Source: Anolis carolinensis (taxonomy: Eukaryota). From it: a stretch of DNA of 64,000 bases. Below the pieces are notes generated by a model. That model ran no database searches. It was not told the origin of the DNA and saw only the letters and a program-made list of their open reading frames with translations. The stretch spans positions 329,725,402 to 329,789,401 of the forward strand of contig NC_085841.1 of NCBI RefSeq assembly GCF_035594765.1. Reading direction: 5' to 3'. Of the stretch, positions 21,101-34,800 are shown one piece after another. The position numbers were made by a program, and so were the translations under genes. Position 1 is the first letter of the stretch. Each line of letters starts with the position of its first letter.

Positions 21101-23674
21101 TCAAATACAAGGCAGAGCTACTATAGCTTCAATCCTTGACAGACTGAGATGCAAAAGGTACCATAAGTCTCAATGATGCAGAATCAAGGCACCTGCCCTC
21201 TCCATCATCCTGCTCTCTGTCCAGAAGGCAAAAGCCATGTTTTGAGTGAATAACAGCAAATGAAAGTTCAGGTTTTGAAAGTGAGAGAGGATAGATACCT
21301 TCATTCTGCTTTAAGGTGTTTTAAGGGACTTCATACTACTCCATAACCATGCTGTAAAGGATTGGGTTATAGGAGCCTCATCCCATATTACAGCTTAAAC
21401 CCCTAATTGCCAAACATACCTGCTGGACCCTTCTTTTGCTGTGCAAGGGTGCCATCAAAGAGGACTTTGGGGGCAGAGATCTACGGACCCATGCAGCAAA
21501 AGTGCCCATAAATGTAGCAGGCTGGTAATCCTCTCCAGGAGTAACACAATTTGTTGGTACCATTTGCAACCCTTTGCTTGAAAATCATTATTCTGTAAAG
21601 AACTGCACAGAAATCTGAGGAGGTTTGATCCTTCCTGTCATAGCTTTGCAAAAATTAGAGAAGTTGTCTTGGAAGAATTTGCCAATTTTGCATTGCTTTT
21701 AAAGGTTCCGTTGTTCTTTATAAGGTTTAGAAGACGTCACTGTTGGGCATCTTGTTCTCCCACATTCTGCATGTCACTGTGTTAAATCAGGATGACATGG
21801 ACTGATAGGTCTAAGTGCCTATGCAAAGAACTGTCTTCCTAGCTCTATTATTACACAGGTCTATGGGAGAAACTTTAATTTACAGTCATCCCTCCATGTT
21901 TGCAGTTTTGACTTTTGTGGATTTGATAAATTACGTATTTGATTTAAAATGTTCTGTAAATCTCTAGGTCCTCCTGTTTGACCCTATGGTCAACACACCT
22001 GTAGTATGAGAAGTCAGCAAAGTCAGCACAAAATAGCCATATATGCCAGAGGCTCCAAATCAAGAATGGGCTATTTCTGCTCCTCCAGATGTTGCTGGAC
22101 TAAACCCATCATTCCTCATCATGGATTAGGACCAGTAGTCATTACAATCCAAAAACCCCTGGAGAGTCACAAGTTTGTATTCTTGTGGTAGAAGAAGATA
22201 AAAGAAAGCCTTTAAAGGATATATGTATTGAGGGAAAGTACACCCCATCCATCAGAGCACACATTTCAGCAAATGCTGCCTTTGATGTTGGAAGAGAGGC
22301 CAAAGTTTCTATTTCCACAGGTTTGCAGGTTGTTGGATATTGTTGCTGTCTCATGACAGAGGACTTCAATTTGACTGGTTGCTGTGGCATATCTAAAGAC
22401 TCTGGGGAAGAGGCCATTCTCAGTGTGGGACTGAGCCAATGGCTATCTGGACCACATAGTAGCATCTTACCAATAAGGCCATCTTTTTGGACCTCAGGGG
22501 AGGTTAAGGGATAATTCCCACAGAGCACATGGCAGGGTTTTCTTCCAGGTTTTGAGTGAATGGAACAACTTGGAAGGACATGAGGTTTTTCTGTGAGTGT
22601 TGATATTGAGTCTTCATGGGAAAAGATCTTTGGAAGCCATTTCCTTGATGGATTTCCTCCAGAACCTATACATTCTCTTCCAGGAGAGGACACTGCTTCT
22701 GGGGAGCCAATGGGCAGCTGGGACTGGAGTCCTGGAGATTTAGACAAGACCCTTTTCAAGACGGAGTCCACAGCCTGTGTCACCCCTTGCATTAACTCCT
22801 GTTTCAAAGTATTTGAAAGAATGATTTCGTCTGACATTGGAATATGTGAATCCATAATTACAGCTTCTTTATCTGAAAATTCAGACCTTTTCAACACAGG
22901 GATATTGTTTCGGAAATAATCTCTTTGTTGGCCATTCATGACGGCACAATTACTATTGTCCCTACTTGGTCCAAATGTTTCCTTCAATTTGTTCATTGTC
23001 TCCATACTCTCTTGACTCAGGTTGGAAAAATGGAGTTCACAAGGCTGGAAGAACCTTTCTTGAAGTTGCTTCAGCTGATGTTCCAAAAGATTGAATTGAT
23101 TTTTCAGATGGAGATATTCCTCTGACTGGATGCTGTTCCTATCAGATCTTGCCAGCGAAGTTTGCTGCTGAGGAAGTTTCTGTTTTCTCTTGCTATCTTG
23201 ATAGCCCTTCTTTGTTTTATCAGCATGGTGCTGATCTTCCAAAGTACAAGGCCCCATTGTGTTTGGCATTGTGTTCATTCCCTGGATAATGTTTTCAACC
23301 CTGGCCCTCTTAGCTTGTAAAGGATCGTGATGGAACTGACTAGAGTCACTCAAGGCATAAGCAGGTAACTGAGCCAAAGAGGAGGGAGGTCCCTGAGAAG
23401 AGGTGTCATTCCTGCCACTTGGCAACGGTTGATCTTTTTTTGGTGAGGAATGGAGAAGACATTTTGGATCCAACTCACCGTGAGCTTCTGACTGGCTAAG
23501 GAGGTATGATATTATGGCTGCATAGTAAGACGCAGAAGGAAATAAATAGTCTCTTTCAACACAGTGTTCTCCATTCTGTCTGTCTGAGTATCCAGAACTG
23601 AGATTATAATTATATAGGCTGGAAAGAGGGTTTCCATTCATGTCTTTTTCTTCTTTGAGGTGACAAATTGGCAT
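18128..23674 (-). CDS. PROX2: Prospero homeobox protein 2
   Basis: Coding exons (minus): 23674 (or ATG at 23641)-22223, 21013-20906, 18731-18537, 18307-18128 (TAA). Motifs [52 protein letters not shown] and [16 protein letters not shown]. The [15 protein letters not shown] residues and the adjacent DLST point to PROX2 rather than PROX1. Candidate acceptor at 23791. Confidence 0.93.
19206..19603. mobile_element. Probable solo LTR (398 bp) inside an L2-type tail in a PROX2 intron
   Basis: TG...CA termini with a 5-bp direct repeat CACCT at 19201-19205 and 19604-19608; internal AGTAAA polyA-like signal at ~19495. Confidence 0.55.
21014..22222 (-). other. U12-type (minor spliceosome) AT-AC intron of PROX2
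   Basis: 5' SS ATATCCTTT (22222-22214), branch point TCCCTTGAC (21032-21024), and 3' end ..TTAC|; joins ..SIH|IQEAL.. in frame. Confidence 0.92.
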
Positions 23675-24745
23675 CCAACGAAACACAAAACAGCAGAGAT
23701 TATTGAGGTAGTAAGATTAGAATTTTGTCACAACCCACAATTTTGAGATCAGAAAGGTGGGAATATTTTACACTTCTGATAGGTCAGAACGCTAGAACAG
23801 CCAAAAAAAAACAACAACCAAACAACTGTTAAAGAATTATTCATAAATTAAACAAACACACACACATACACACACACACTGAAATTATTCTCATCTTGTT
23901 TCAAGAAAACCCACTTTTTTTGGCTCATAATCATTTACCTGGTGGAGGAAAAAGAAAAATCTGATATTTTTCAATTTTCCCCAAAGTCTTTCTTATACAA
24001 TGATAATTAATTGCTCAGATGGAGAGAAGAGTATCCCAAATGGATACTCTAAACTCAATGAATCCTGTTCATTGATTATTCTGACTAATGTCTGATGGGA
24101 GTTGTAGTCACAGAATCATAGAATCGAAGAGTTGGAAGAGACCTTGTGGGCCATCCATTCCACCCCCTGCCAAAAAACAGGAAAATCGCATTCAAAGCAC
24201 CCCCGACAGATGGCCAAATCCTCCAGAAGATATCACATTAGGAATAACTGTTTTCATTGGGTTACACATCAATAACTCCAAACTGTTCCTATCTGTTCTC
24301 AGGCTTAATACCGAACAAGACGTGACAGATCGCTCTACTATAATAAGGTGTAGTTTAAAATGCCTTAGGCATCTAACAAAGACTTCAATTGTATACTATG
24401 TTATAATAAGGTGTGGTTTAATATGCCTCAAGATGCTAGCAAAAAACTTGCTTTGTAAATTATGTCTCATATTTATTACAGGGTTACTGTTTTGGAGATA
24501 CTGCCTCAGGTACTAAAATTTTGGGAGGCAACCATTCAGTATATTTCTCCCTTTAATCCTCCCATCCCCACTAACATTCTCCAGTTTCTTCAACCTTTAT
24601 TCTAAAGATTTGTCCAACATAACCAAAGCACATCATTCTTTTCAAACTTGTCCTCTTTCCAAAATTAAAAGACCTAATGAAATTCTGAAATCTTGTTTTA
24701 GGGCATATAGTATCTCTTCTGTGCTAACAGGACCAGACTAACATT

Positions 24746-25080
24746 AAGGTAAAGGTAAAGGTTTCCCCTGATGTCAAGTCCAGTTGTGTCTGACTCTGGG
24801 GGTTGGTGCTCATCTCCATTTCTAAGCCGAAGAGTCAGCATTGTCCGTAGACACCTCCAAGGTCATGTGGCCGGCATGACAGCATAGAACGCCGTTACCT
24901 TCCCGCCGGAGCAGTACCTATTGATCTACTCACATTTGCATGTTTTCGAACTGCTAGGTTGGCAGAAGCTGGAGCTAACAGCAGGCACTCACTCCGCTCC
25001 CCAAATTTGAATCTAGGACCTTTCGGTCTGCAAGTTCAGCAGCTCAGCACTTTAACACACTGAATCACCAGAGGCTCCCA
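24746..25080 (-). mobile_element. Sauria SINE-like element
   Basis: (ACCTTT)n tail seen as aaggtaaaggtaaagg, plus a tRNA-like head; further copies at ~59868-60199, 61375-61590 and 62939-63271. Confidence 0.8.
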
Positions 25081-25798
25081 GAAGGTTTAGGAAAATTGAC
25101 CAAGGGACACATGTTGCTACCTTGCTGAATTTTGCACCTGAAGCAGCCGCTACACTTTTCCCAATCTCTGTCCCTGTATGTGTGTCAGAAAATGTCATTC
25201 ATGGTTTCGTCCCAAATTTAGGGCCAGTTTCTGCCTAATCCTATTTATATTTATGTATAGTTATAAAAAGTATATACAAAGTCTGTCTCCCCATGCATTT
25301 ATGTCATGATATCTGTCAGTCTTTCCCAATCTGATGCTGGACTACAACTCTCATCATCCTGACACAGATGCTTAAGGGCAATTTTTGCCTGGGAGGTTGG
25401 CTAGGGAAAGGTAGTTCAATATCTCTATGGGGCCCCGGGTTAAAGAAGACTCCTCCATGATACAAAATAGTAAGGCAGAATTCACATTGCCTAAGACAGG
25501 CAATAGCAAACCTCCTACAAACAAATACTGCTAAAACAACCTGCAATGGGGTATTGCTGGAATCATTATAATTTGGAATCAAGTTGAATTTGCACAACAC
25601 ACATTGCAGTTTGGATAGTCTGGTGCCATTTAGTTTTGATTTAGTGAGATACTTAGAATTCTCTACTGCTTTAGAGCTCTCTAGAAAAGAGTTCTAAGTG
25701 CTTAATGAAACTACAAATCCAAGGACACTATAGCATGGATCCAAGGAAACTAAAGTAGCATCCATGCACTATAATTGCATAGTAAAAACCTAAAAACA

Positions 25799-26018
25799 GT
25801 GAGTTGCTGCGAGTTTTCTGGACTGTATGGCCATGTTCCAGAAGCATTCTCTCCTGACGTCTTGCTCACATTTATGGCAGGCATCCTCACAACCTCTGAG
25901 GATGCCTGCCATAGATGTGGGTGAAACTTCAGGACAGAATGCTTCTGGAACATGGCCATACAGCCTGGAAAACTCACAGCAACCCAGTGATTCCAGCCAT
26001 GAAAGCCTTCGACAACAT
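25799..26018. mobile_element. Penelope terminal-repeat inverted pair with 11-bp TSD
   Basis: Fold-back arrangement of the Penelope terminal motif; TSD ACCTAAAAACA at 25788-25798 and 26019-26029. Confidence 0.75.
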
Positions 26019-28419
26019 ACCTAAAAACATTCTCTCATGGTATGCAAACAACTAGACATCCTTTCCAAAAACAGCCTCTCTCTAAAAATGCATCCCAAAT
26101 AATATCTACAGAATTTATTTGTATGATCTCTATGTGGTTCTCAAATCCTCCTACCAGATAGATGGTTCTTGGGTGCATCTACTTGGTATAATTAATGCAG
26201 TTTGATGTCACATTGATCGTTATGGCTGATTGCTATGGAATCCTGGGATGTGAAGTTTGATGAGGCACCAGCCCTCTTTGGCAAAGTAAAGCTACAACTC
26301 CCATGATCCCATAGCATTGAGCCGTGGCAGTTAAAGTGGCATCAAACCAAATTAATTCTACAGCATTGATGCACTCCTTGACTATCTTAACTGTCTCTTT
26401 ATCCTAAACTGCCTTGGATCCTGCATTAGGACAAAGGAAGGAAAATAAATAAAGTATCAAAATGTTAAAAAATATGTACTTTTATCTACATCAAAATTGT
26501 AATTACGAAGAAATTAAACAAGCAACATAAAACATTTAAAAAGGAAACCAAACTGAGTGTTTACTATCAGAGAGCTATTTTAAAAAGCAAGTGCATCTAC
26601 AAGCTTCCTAATTCATCTTCAGTGGTTCTCTGAATAGCCAAAATCTACCTGTGAGCAAGTGATCCATTACTGACCGTGAGGAGTCTTCTTTGCTGGTGCT
26701 GAAAGAGAGGTTGCTCACCTTGGTTGCAGAGTGAGCACTACTCTGTACTTTCAAAGCAAGTGGAGGTTTCTCTTGAATGAAGAAACTTCCACTGGATCAG
26801 GACTGCTGTCATTCAAGATCCCTTAAATCCCTGCATTGCTGCCTCAGAGAGGTGTGAGGGTGGCCCTGGGCAGCCAACCAGCTTGGGAAGGCAATGAATA
26901 TGCACACACAGAGATGCCGGGGTCAAGTTGCCTTTAATGAAATTCCCTTAGGGAACAAGTCCAAAAGGAACCATAGTTACAGCATTTGAAGGAGGAAACT
27001 ACTTGTTCATTTTATGCTTAGCAAATTTCACAGCTTTTCAAACAATATACAAAGATTTAGCAGAGGGAGATGTGGGATGAGTGTACATCCACTCCTTTTT
27101 CAAACCACTTTTAACTCTCTTTTGTGCCCAGACTTATCGAAGTCCATCCAAGAGTCTTCTGGGGGCCCACAGCCATATAACTCAGAATTTCAAGGCAGAA
27201 AATTCCACAATATCTGCTTTGAACTGGATTGAGTCCACAATGCCATATATTCCAGTTCAAAGCAGATACTGTGGGATTTCCTGACTTGATATTCTGGGTT
27301 ATATGGCTGTGTGGAAGGGCCCTAAATGTGAAAGAGGCAGTGCAAGTTCTTATCAGGATTGCGTTGGAGAAAAATAGATCAAAGTGCCTGGCTCTCTTGT
27401 CTTGAACAACATTTGAGCTTGTGACACAATGAAAAATCAAAATGTGTAGTCCACGCACTGCCTTGCCAGAGAAAGAAGATATGTGCCATATAGGTGAACA
27501 ATAAAGAAGTGGTTTATTCTTCTTAAACCCAGAACGACATATGTACAATGTGCTCAGTTGCACCAACTCACATATCTAAATATCTCCTTTTATGAGATAT
27601 TTAAAATAGTCTTTCCTTTGTCCAGGTGGATAAATTCCTTCCAGCAGCTCATAAAACTTTGTCTCTCTCCCTGCTTCTTTCTTCCAACTGCTTAGCTCAA
27701 GCCTGAACAAAATTGCAACAATATCAAAAATTCCCAGGCTTAACAGCTCTCCAGGCATGGTTCAACCAATCAACTTCATGCACCTTATTTTGCAGTTGAG
27801 ACACACACTAAACTGATTTCTTACATATCCTAAAAGAGCTAGGATTGGATCTCAAGGTAGCAACATACCCCATTTCTTTGATCCTAAAGCCTCTTCTACA
27901 CTGCCATATAAAATCCAGATTATCTGCTTGGAACTGGATTATATGGCAGTGTAGACCAGGCATGGGCAAACTCCAGCCCTCCAAGTGTTTTGGACTTCAA
28001 CTCCCACAATTCCTAACAGCCTACCAGCCCAAGTTTGCCTATGCCTGGTCTACACTTCCATATAATCCAGTTCCAAACAGATAATCCAGATTATTTGCTT
28101 TAATAACCCGGATTATATGGCAGTGCAGAAGGGGCTTGAGTAACTTTCCTTTAATATACTTAGGCCCCTTCTACACTGCCATATATAATCCGGATTATCT
28201 GCTTTGAACTGGATTATATGTCAGTGTAGACTCATATTATACAGTTCCAAGCAGATAATGTGGATTATTTGTTTTGATAACCCGGATTATTTGGCAGTGC
28301 AGAAGGGGCTTGAGTAACTTTCCTACAATATGGATTTTATGCGGATAATCTGGATTTTATGCGGCAGTGTAGATCCCGCCTGACTTTAACACCAATGAAC
28401 CCAAAGACGGGGTTTTACA

Positions 28420-28850
28420 TAAACTCGGAAGTTCCACGCAGACCACGCCTCTACCTAGTATAGGTCTCTGGCTCCTCAATGGCGGAGTCCCCCTCCCTCT
28501 TCCGCGCTTGGCCCGTCCCTCCGTCGTCCCCCTGCTGCCCGGAAGTGGTACGGCCCTCCCCGCCCTTCCCCTCCTCTCGGGCACACTTGGTTGCTCCCAG
28601 GCCGCATCCGGCCTCTGCCGGGCCTGGTTCCGGTGCACGCCCTGGGCCTCAAGCTGCTGCCGCCGCCGCGATGTTGTTCCTCTCTCTGGCTCGGGCTCGT
28701 TGCTTCAGCCGGCTGCTGGGCCGCTCGCTCTGCGCTCCGCGACAGGTACTTCCCGGGGGAGAAGGGAAGCAAAGCGAGGCGGCCAGACGGGCCCGGCCTG
28801 GAGACAGGCAGGCGCCAAGGGCAAGGCGGGGGCAAGCCAATTCGGGCGTT
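28420..28850 (+). promoter_or_regulatory. CpG-island promoter/first exon of DLST
   Basis: GC/CpG-rich; ETS/GABP motif CCGGAAGT 28539-28546; GC box; Kozak-like gccgccgcgATG at 28671. Confidence 0.8.
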
Positions 28851-31800
28851 TTCAGAGTTTCTGCCCTATAGAAAGCATGTGGTATACCAGCCTCATTCGC
28901 AGGCATGGGCAAACTTGGGTCATTCGTGATTCTTCCAGCAAACATAACCACTGAAGATGATTATGGTGTCTTTCCAATATTGTATGCCGCCTTTATTATA
29001 TTCCCTCCTTTGTTTATTATTAGATTTGTGTTCCACTGTGGCCCTTTTCTTCTCCACTTTTGTCCTCACAACTACGCTGTGAAAGTCAATCAGTTTGAGA
29101 AAGCGAGGCTAGATAATCCAGTTCACATAATCCAGTTCAAAGCAGATCGTCTGGATTCAGAAACTGGATTATAGGGCAGTGTAGATGTGCCCTGAGTGGC
29201 TGGCCCAAGGTCACTCAGTGAGTTTCGTGGTCCAGTCTGGTCTGGAATCAGGAGCTCTCAGCATTTCATTCAACACAAGACACCACCGCTTTGGTCTTGG
29301 ATCAGTGTGCAAAATGATCTTATCGTTTGGAGAGGCTCCAACATTCTTTGGCAAAGAAGGCTAAAGACATCCCATGATTCTATAGCATTGAACAATTACA
29401 GTTAATGTGGTGGCAAGCTGTATTAATTCTACAGTGTAGATCAGGTATGGGCAAACTTCGGCCCTCCAGGTGTTTTAGACTCTAGCTCCCACTGTTTATT
29501 TCATTTCTCACATTTGTATCACACCCTTCTCACCCTGGAAGGGGACTCAGGGCGGCCTTTCGATGCGAACACATAGAAAAGCAAAAGGTAAATAAATACA
29601 ATTATGAACCATACAGTTAACATTAATTATTTAAAAACATCAATTAAAACCACACAATCCAAATCCAAAGGCCTGTCCAATTTTCTATTCAATTAATTTG
29701 TTATTATTGCAGTGGTTCCACAGCCTTGTCTTTAAGTTTTTTCCTGAAGGACAGAAGGGAGGGGGCTGACCTGTTTTCATTGCGGAGGGAGTTCCACAGA
29801 CAAGGGGCCACCACTGAGAAGGTCCTGTTCCTTGTCCCCACCAACCGCGCTTGTGAAGGTGGGGGACTGAGAGTAGGGCCTCCCCTGATGAGCTTCACCT
29901 CCGATGTGGGTCATAGAGGGAGAGATGTTTGGGTTGGTAAGCTGGGCCAGAAATGTTTAGAGCTTTATAGGCTAAAGCCAGCACTTTGAATTGTGCTCGG
30001 TGGCACACTGGCAGCCAGGCTGTTAGGAATTGTGGGAGTTGGAGTCCAAAACAGTTGGGAGGACTGAAGTTTGCCCATGCCTGGTTTAGATGCAACTGAG
30101 TACTGGCTGCTAGTCTCAAAGGCACTACAGGATCCCTCTGTGTACTATGGCACTTCTTAAACTGTGGCTTCAGTAAAAAGTTTCTAAATGCCACCCGTTT
30201 ACACAAATCTGTTGGCAACAACATGCAGTGTTTACAGTGGACTCTGCAGAAGATTTCAGCTGTACCTCATAAAAAGGAAAATCTGCCTGTTTAGCCAGAC
30301 TTATAAATGCTGGATTATTATCAGTAAAAGTTATACCCAGGGTCACATAAACCTTTCCTGAGCAGAAAGAGGTCATGGAAGAATTTCCCGGGCAGAAAGG
30401 AGTCACAAATGGAAAAAGCTTAAGAAGCTCCACACCTTTGCTCTTGGTGTCAGTAAAGATAATTTCAAAATGGCAGATATTTCCCATTGGCATCATTCTC
30501 ATTTACTGCAATGTATGTGTTTGTGATATGCCTTGAAGGTGATTCTGGGTTATGTCCATCCTAATGAAACTCCATTACAGTGTTTTCTTGATAAGATTTG
30601 CTCAGAGGGAGATTGTCTTTGCCTTCCTGAGAGAGTGTGGCTTAGACAAGGTCACCCAAAGAGTTTCCATGGCTGAATAGGGATTCAAACTCTGGTCTCT
30701 CAGTGTCCTTGTCCAACACCCAAAACACAACACCACACTGGCTGTCAATATTGTGTACCATTAGAATTTTTCCTCCCCTTGTTTTCTAACTTTTAATTGA
30801 TATTGGAGGAATGGAAGGATTTGCTGTGATTTTTTTCCATTGTGGGCAGTGAATTATTAAAATATTTCTTGAGATGTGGTCAGACCGCTCTTAGCATTAT
30901 GAGTAATGCCCGAATAATTGAGACATTAAAGTATTTTGGCTTTCAAACGTTAACTAAAAGGCTGTTGAAAGAACTTGAACAAACCAGGGTGGAGTTTGGG
31001 GAACAGTTATGTTTACCATTTGTTCAATAACAAGTATGAAGGCATTTGCAAAGCCAAGTGTGCTGTTTTGGGGATTAGAGGAAACAACAGTAACATTGAT
31101 AATCTGAAAATGAAAAGCAACTGCAAGATGACTTTAATGGTGTGGATTGGATAAGGAAGAGGTGAATAAGAATGTATTCTACAGATAGAAGGAACAATTG
31201 AAAGGAAGTAGATGAGTGTAGAAGAATTTTCCCACAACCAGATCTTTGACCTTTGTTCAAAGTTGAGACTTGCTGTTCCACTGTATTAAATGGCACTTAG
31301 GCATTGCTTTGTTAAGAACCATAGAACTTCTTTTCTTTTGAATCCTTAACTTTCCAAAATAAAAATAAGAGGAGTGAAAACAAGCAAGGGGGGCACACCT
31401 GGGTGTGTATAGTCTTGGGCTGTGTGCACAGAATTGTGTATGATACAAACATTGTTGTATTGAGTTCAGTGGTGATCTGTAGCATGGAGTTAAGTTTTCT
31501 TGTTTTTCTTACAAACTGGTGGTATTGGGGATAATGTGATCTTAATCATTCATTTGGTGCCTTTCTGGGGAGTACAGTTCTGAGGATGTCTAAGAATTTG
31601 ATCATCATAAAATAGACTTACAGCATGGTTTCCATGAATTGTTTTTTTTTAATACTTGAGTCTGTTACTCCATGACAGCAGAATTTATATCTTTACAAGT
31701 GAGAACATCTCTTTCTTGTCAATGTCATACTTGCTTGTCTGTGTAAAAAAATCATATAAGAGATACCACAGTGGATCTCATTTTTGTTTGTTAGAAACTA

Positions 31801-34800
31801 ATAAAACTTCACTGCAGACCATATATCATGTAGCTTCAGTTCTATCAAAGAATTCTGGTAGTATATTCTGGAGCACCAAGTAGTATCCATAAATTATTTA
31901 TAGTATGCTGTGCTTTGTTTTAACTGATATGCTCTACATAATTAAAAATGTTTGGGCTTGTCATATCTCAAGCTAGTAGTCTGACCTTCAGTTTTGAAAA
32001 GTATTCTTGATTGTACACATTGTATATAGAGTACTGTGTACATAGAAAAGAGTAGAGGTCATTATTTTAAAGGGTCCTTGATCATAGTAAACTTTCCTGC
32101 CAGAACATTATGTTATCACGTGCAACAAGTTTTATAATAAATGTATGTTCTTATAGCAAAATATGGTAATCAACTTTTCAAAATTATTCAAGGCTGACCA
32201 TGATTCTGAACCATTTTTTCTCACTTCATTGTACAAATGTGTCATATATTTTTCAGAACATTTTCCTATTAAAATGCTTTTGCAAACTTAGCATTTTTTT
32301 TTGCTTTGACAGAATAGTGTAATCACACGCTATTATTGAATAGGATCCACTGTGACTTGCTGAGTACTATATTTGTTTGTCTAATGCAAAATATGAGATC
32401 TCATGAGTTTGCCCAGATTTTTATCTCTTGCAAAATATAGAGTATCATGAGATAAATCTGCCCTGAATAACTCTTGAGTGGTCTTTGCAATGGTGATTGT
32501 ATCATATTTTCCTTTGGCAGGGAAACTGTCCACAGGGAAAACGTTCACTCTCTGGTGAGTCTTATCTTGGGTTAATAGCTTGTATGTCTCATAATAAATA
32601 TAAAAAAGAAAAACCTGCACAAAACATATTTTAAAAGTACAACAAAAATCCATTGTCTTTTTTTTGAAAGCCAACTTTTAACACACAAAAACTTACACTG
32701 CAAAGCAAATTGCTTAAAGACATCTAATAGTTATATTTTGTAGTCCAATGAGCCCATTCACTTAGATTTGTTTGCAGAGTAGAATAGGGTTGACACTCGA
32801 ATTTCGTGGAGATTAGGAGCACAGGTTCCCCGCGAAAGTGGGAAAACCATGAATATCTTAAGCCTCCCAACAGACTCTGCTGCTGCAAACTTTTCAGTAT
32901 CATCAGGCTTCTCAAGGAGAAGGAAGACGAAGACAAGGACAGTGAAGGGGATTTTTGCTACAACCCTCTATCAGGACAGGTGGGATGACAGTTGAGGGCT
33001 GAGGGAAAGGGCAAATGAAAGTGGCTTTAGCAGCTTCTCTTATAGTGACTACTTCAGCAAGAATTATTAAGAAACTCCCAAGAGTGGCAGGCAGGCCTTG
33101 CTCTGAGCCAGACTCATGGTCCTTTTGAAGCCAGATTTTCCATGACCACTTTTTAAAGAACTGCCATGATAGCCTCTTCCTGCTAGGTTTGCACTCCTCA
33201 TTCTGCCCTCAGCTCCCCCGTCCTCTCATTCTCCTCCCTCTATTCACCCTGGAGCCTGAAAACTATGTCTTCCTTCCTGTTGCCACCCTGTTCCCACCTC
33301 CCACCTGAGTCAGTGAGCAAGCAAGGGAACACCTGTGCCCTCCCTCCTGCCACTTCCCCCATTCTCACCCCACTCACCTCTCCCACTTGAATGAGTGAGC
33401 AAGGGGATGTACTGTCTATCCTCCTTCCTCCCATCCCCCCTGAGTGAGTGTTGGGATGTGAACACAGCCAGGCCCAGCCAACCTGCCAATTTTATTTCCT
33501 CCCAGCAACACTAGCATTATCATAGTCCTTGTTAAAATTGGCACAGGGCAGTAGCAAATACAGTAATACATAAATAATCAAGTCAACAAAAGGTTAACAT
33601 CAGCATGGAGGGATGCCAGTAGTTGAAATAGATCATAATGCATGGAAAGCATAACGCATCAAAAGCATAACTGTTGGTTTTTAATCCCCTTTCCTGCTGA
33701 CATCTAATGCAAGTGTAATACTTCTAATAAGATATTTTCTTGAGTTAGATGAGGTTTAGATGAGGCTGAACAATTGGGAGCTTAATGCAGATAAGACAGA
33801 AGAACCTCTAATCAGGCAAAAAGCAGATCATAGAACAGGGATCTAATCAGCCTGTTCTGGTTGGGATTATACTTTGCTAAAAATTCAGGATTTCAGCTTG
33901 GTTAACTCTCTGGGCTCAGTCCTGAGTAGGATATTTCAGTTTCAGCAGGGGCTGAGAGTATATTTGTAGTTAAAACGAGGGCTCTAGCTAAACCTGTTCC
34001 TGATGATGTCTGATCTGGACATACAGGCACATGATTTTGTCATATCCTATTTAGTTTATTGTAATGCACTCTGTCTGTGGATTCCTTTGGAAAGTGTTTA
34101 GAAGCTTCAGCAGATCCAAGATGCCGTAATCAGACTTCTGACTAAGAAAACAAATTATTATGACAGCTTCATTGGTTACTAGTCTATTTCTGGGATCAAT
34201 TTGCAGTGCTAATTGTGACTTAGAGAGTCCTAGATGGCTGGGATTCATGCTTTCCTTATCTTCCTGTATGGCAGTGGTTCCCAGCCTGTGGTCCATGGAC
34301 CACCAGTAGTCTACAAGAACTAAAATATGTTTAAACCCAGTGATTATCAGAAAATGTTTTTTCAAGCCTTTTATAAACACATAAACATTCTTTCTTGTTC
34401 TATATGTTATTGTAATAAAATAACCAAATTTCTAATTAAAGCCATTTCTGCTTCAAAGGTGTCTCTCGATGCCAGGGGCTGGCTTATGCCAACAGTAGGA
34501 AGCATTTGTAAGTATGCCGCTTACAAAGTCAGCAAATGTAAGCTATCCCAGCTTATTACAGTTCGGAAAAGCTAGCACAGCATCAGTTTCTAATTATATT
34601 GTAGTCTCGGAGAGGAGGTTATGTAAATGGCTACTGTTTTTATTAAAACCTGCAGTCTGTTGGAAAGATTCTTCATTGCAGGGACATATATGGCTCTACT
34701 AAACCATATCTTGTGCACAGTCCATTCTCTGGAATGATACTGCAGTGCTATGACTGTCATACTTGAATTGTCTTTGCCTTTTGCATCTGACTATATAATG

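Noticed and set aside
4957-22222. Functional link between the U1 pair and the neighbouring U12 intron
   Set aside because: U12 introns use U11 and snRNPs act in trans; proximity alone is not evidence.
22142-23686. 514-aa ORF as a single-exon gene
   Set aside because: It is PROX2 coding exon 1, opened at a GTG and running into the AT-AC intron.
28357-28954. Multiple overlapping ORFs at the DLST CpG island
   Set aside because: Stop-codon depletion in GC-rich DNA; only 28671-28745 fits the spliced DLST frame.
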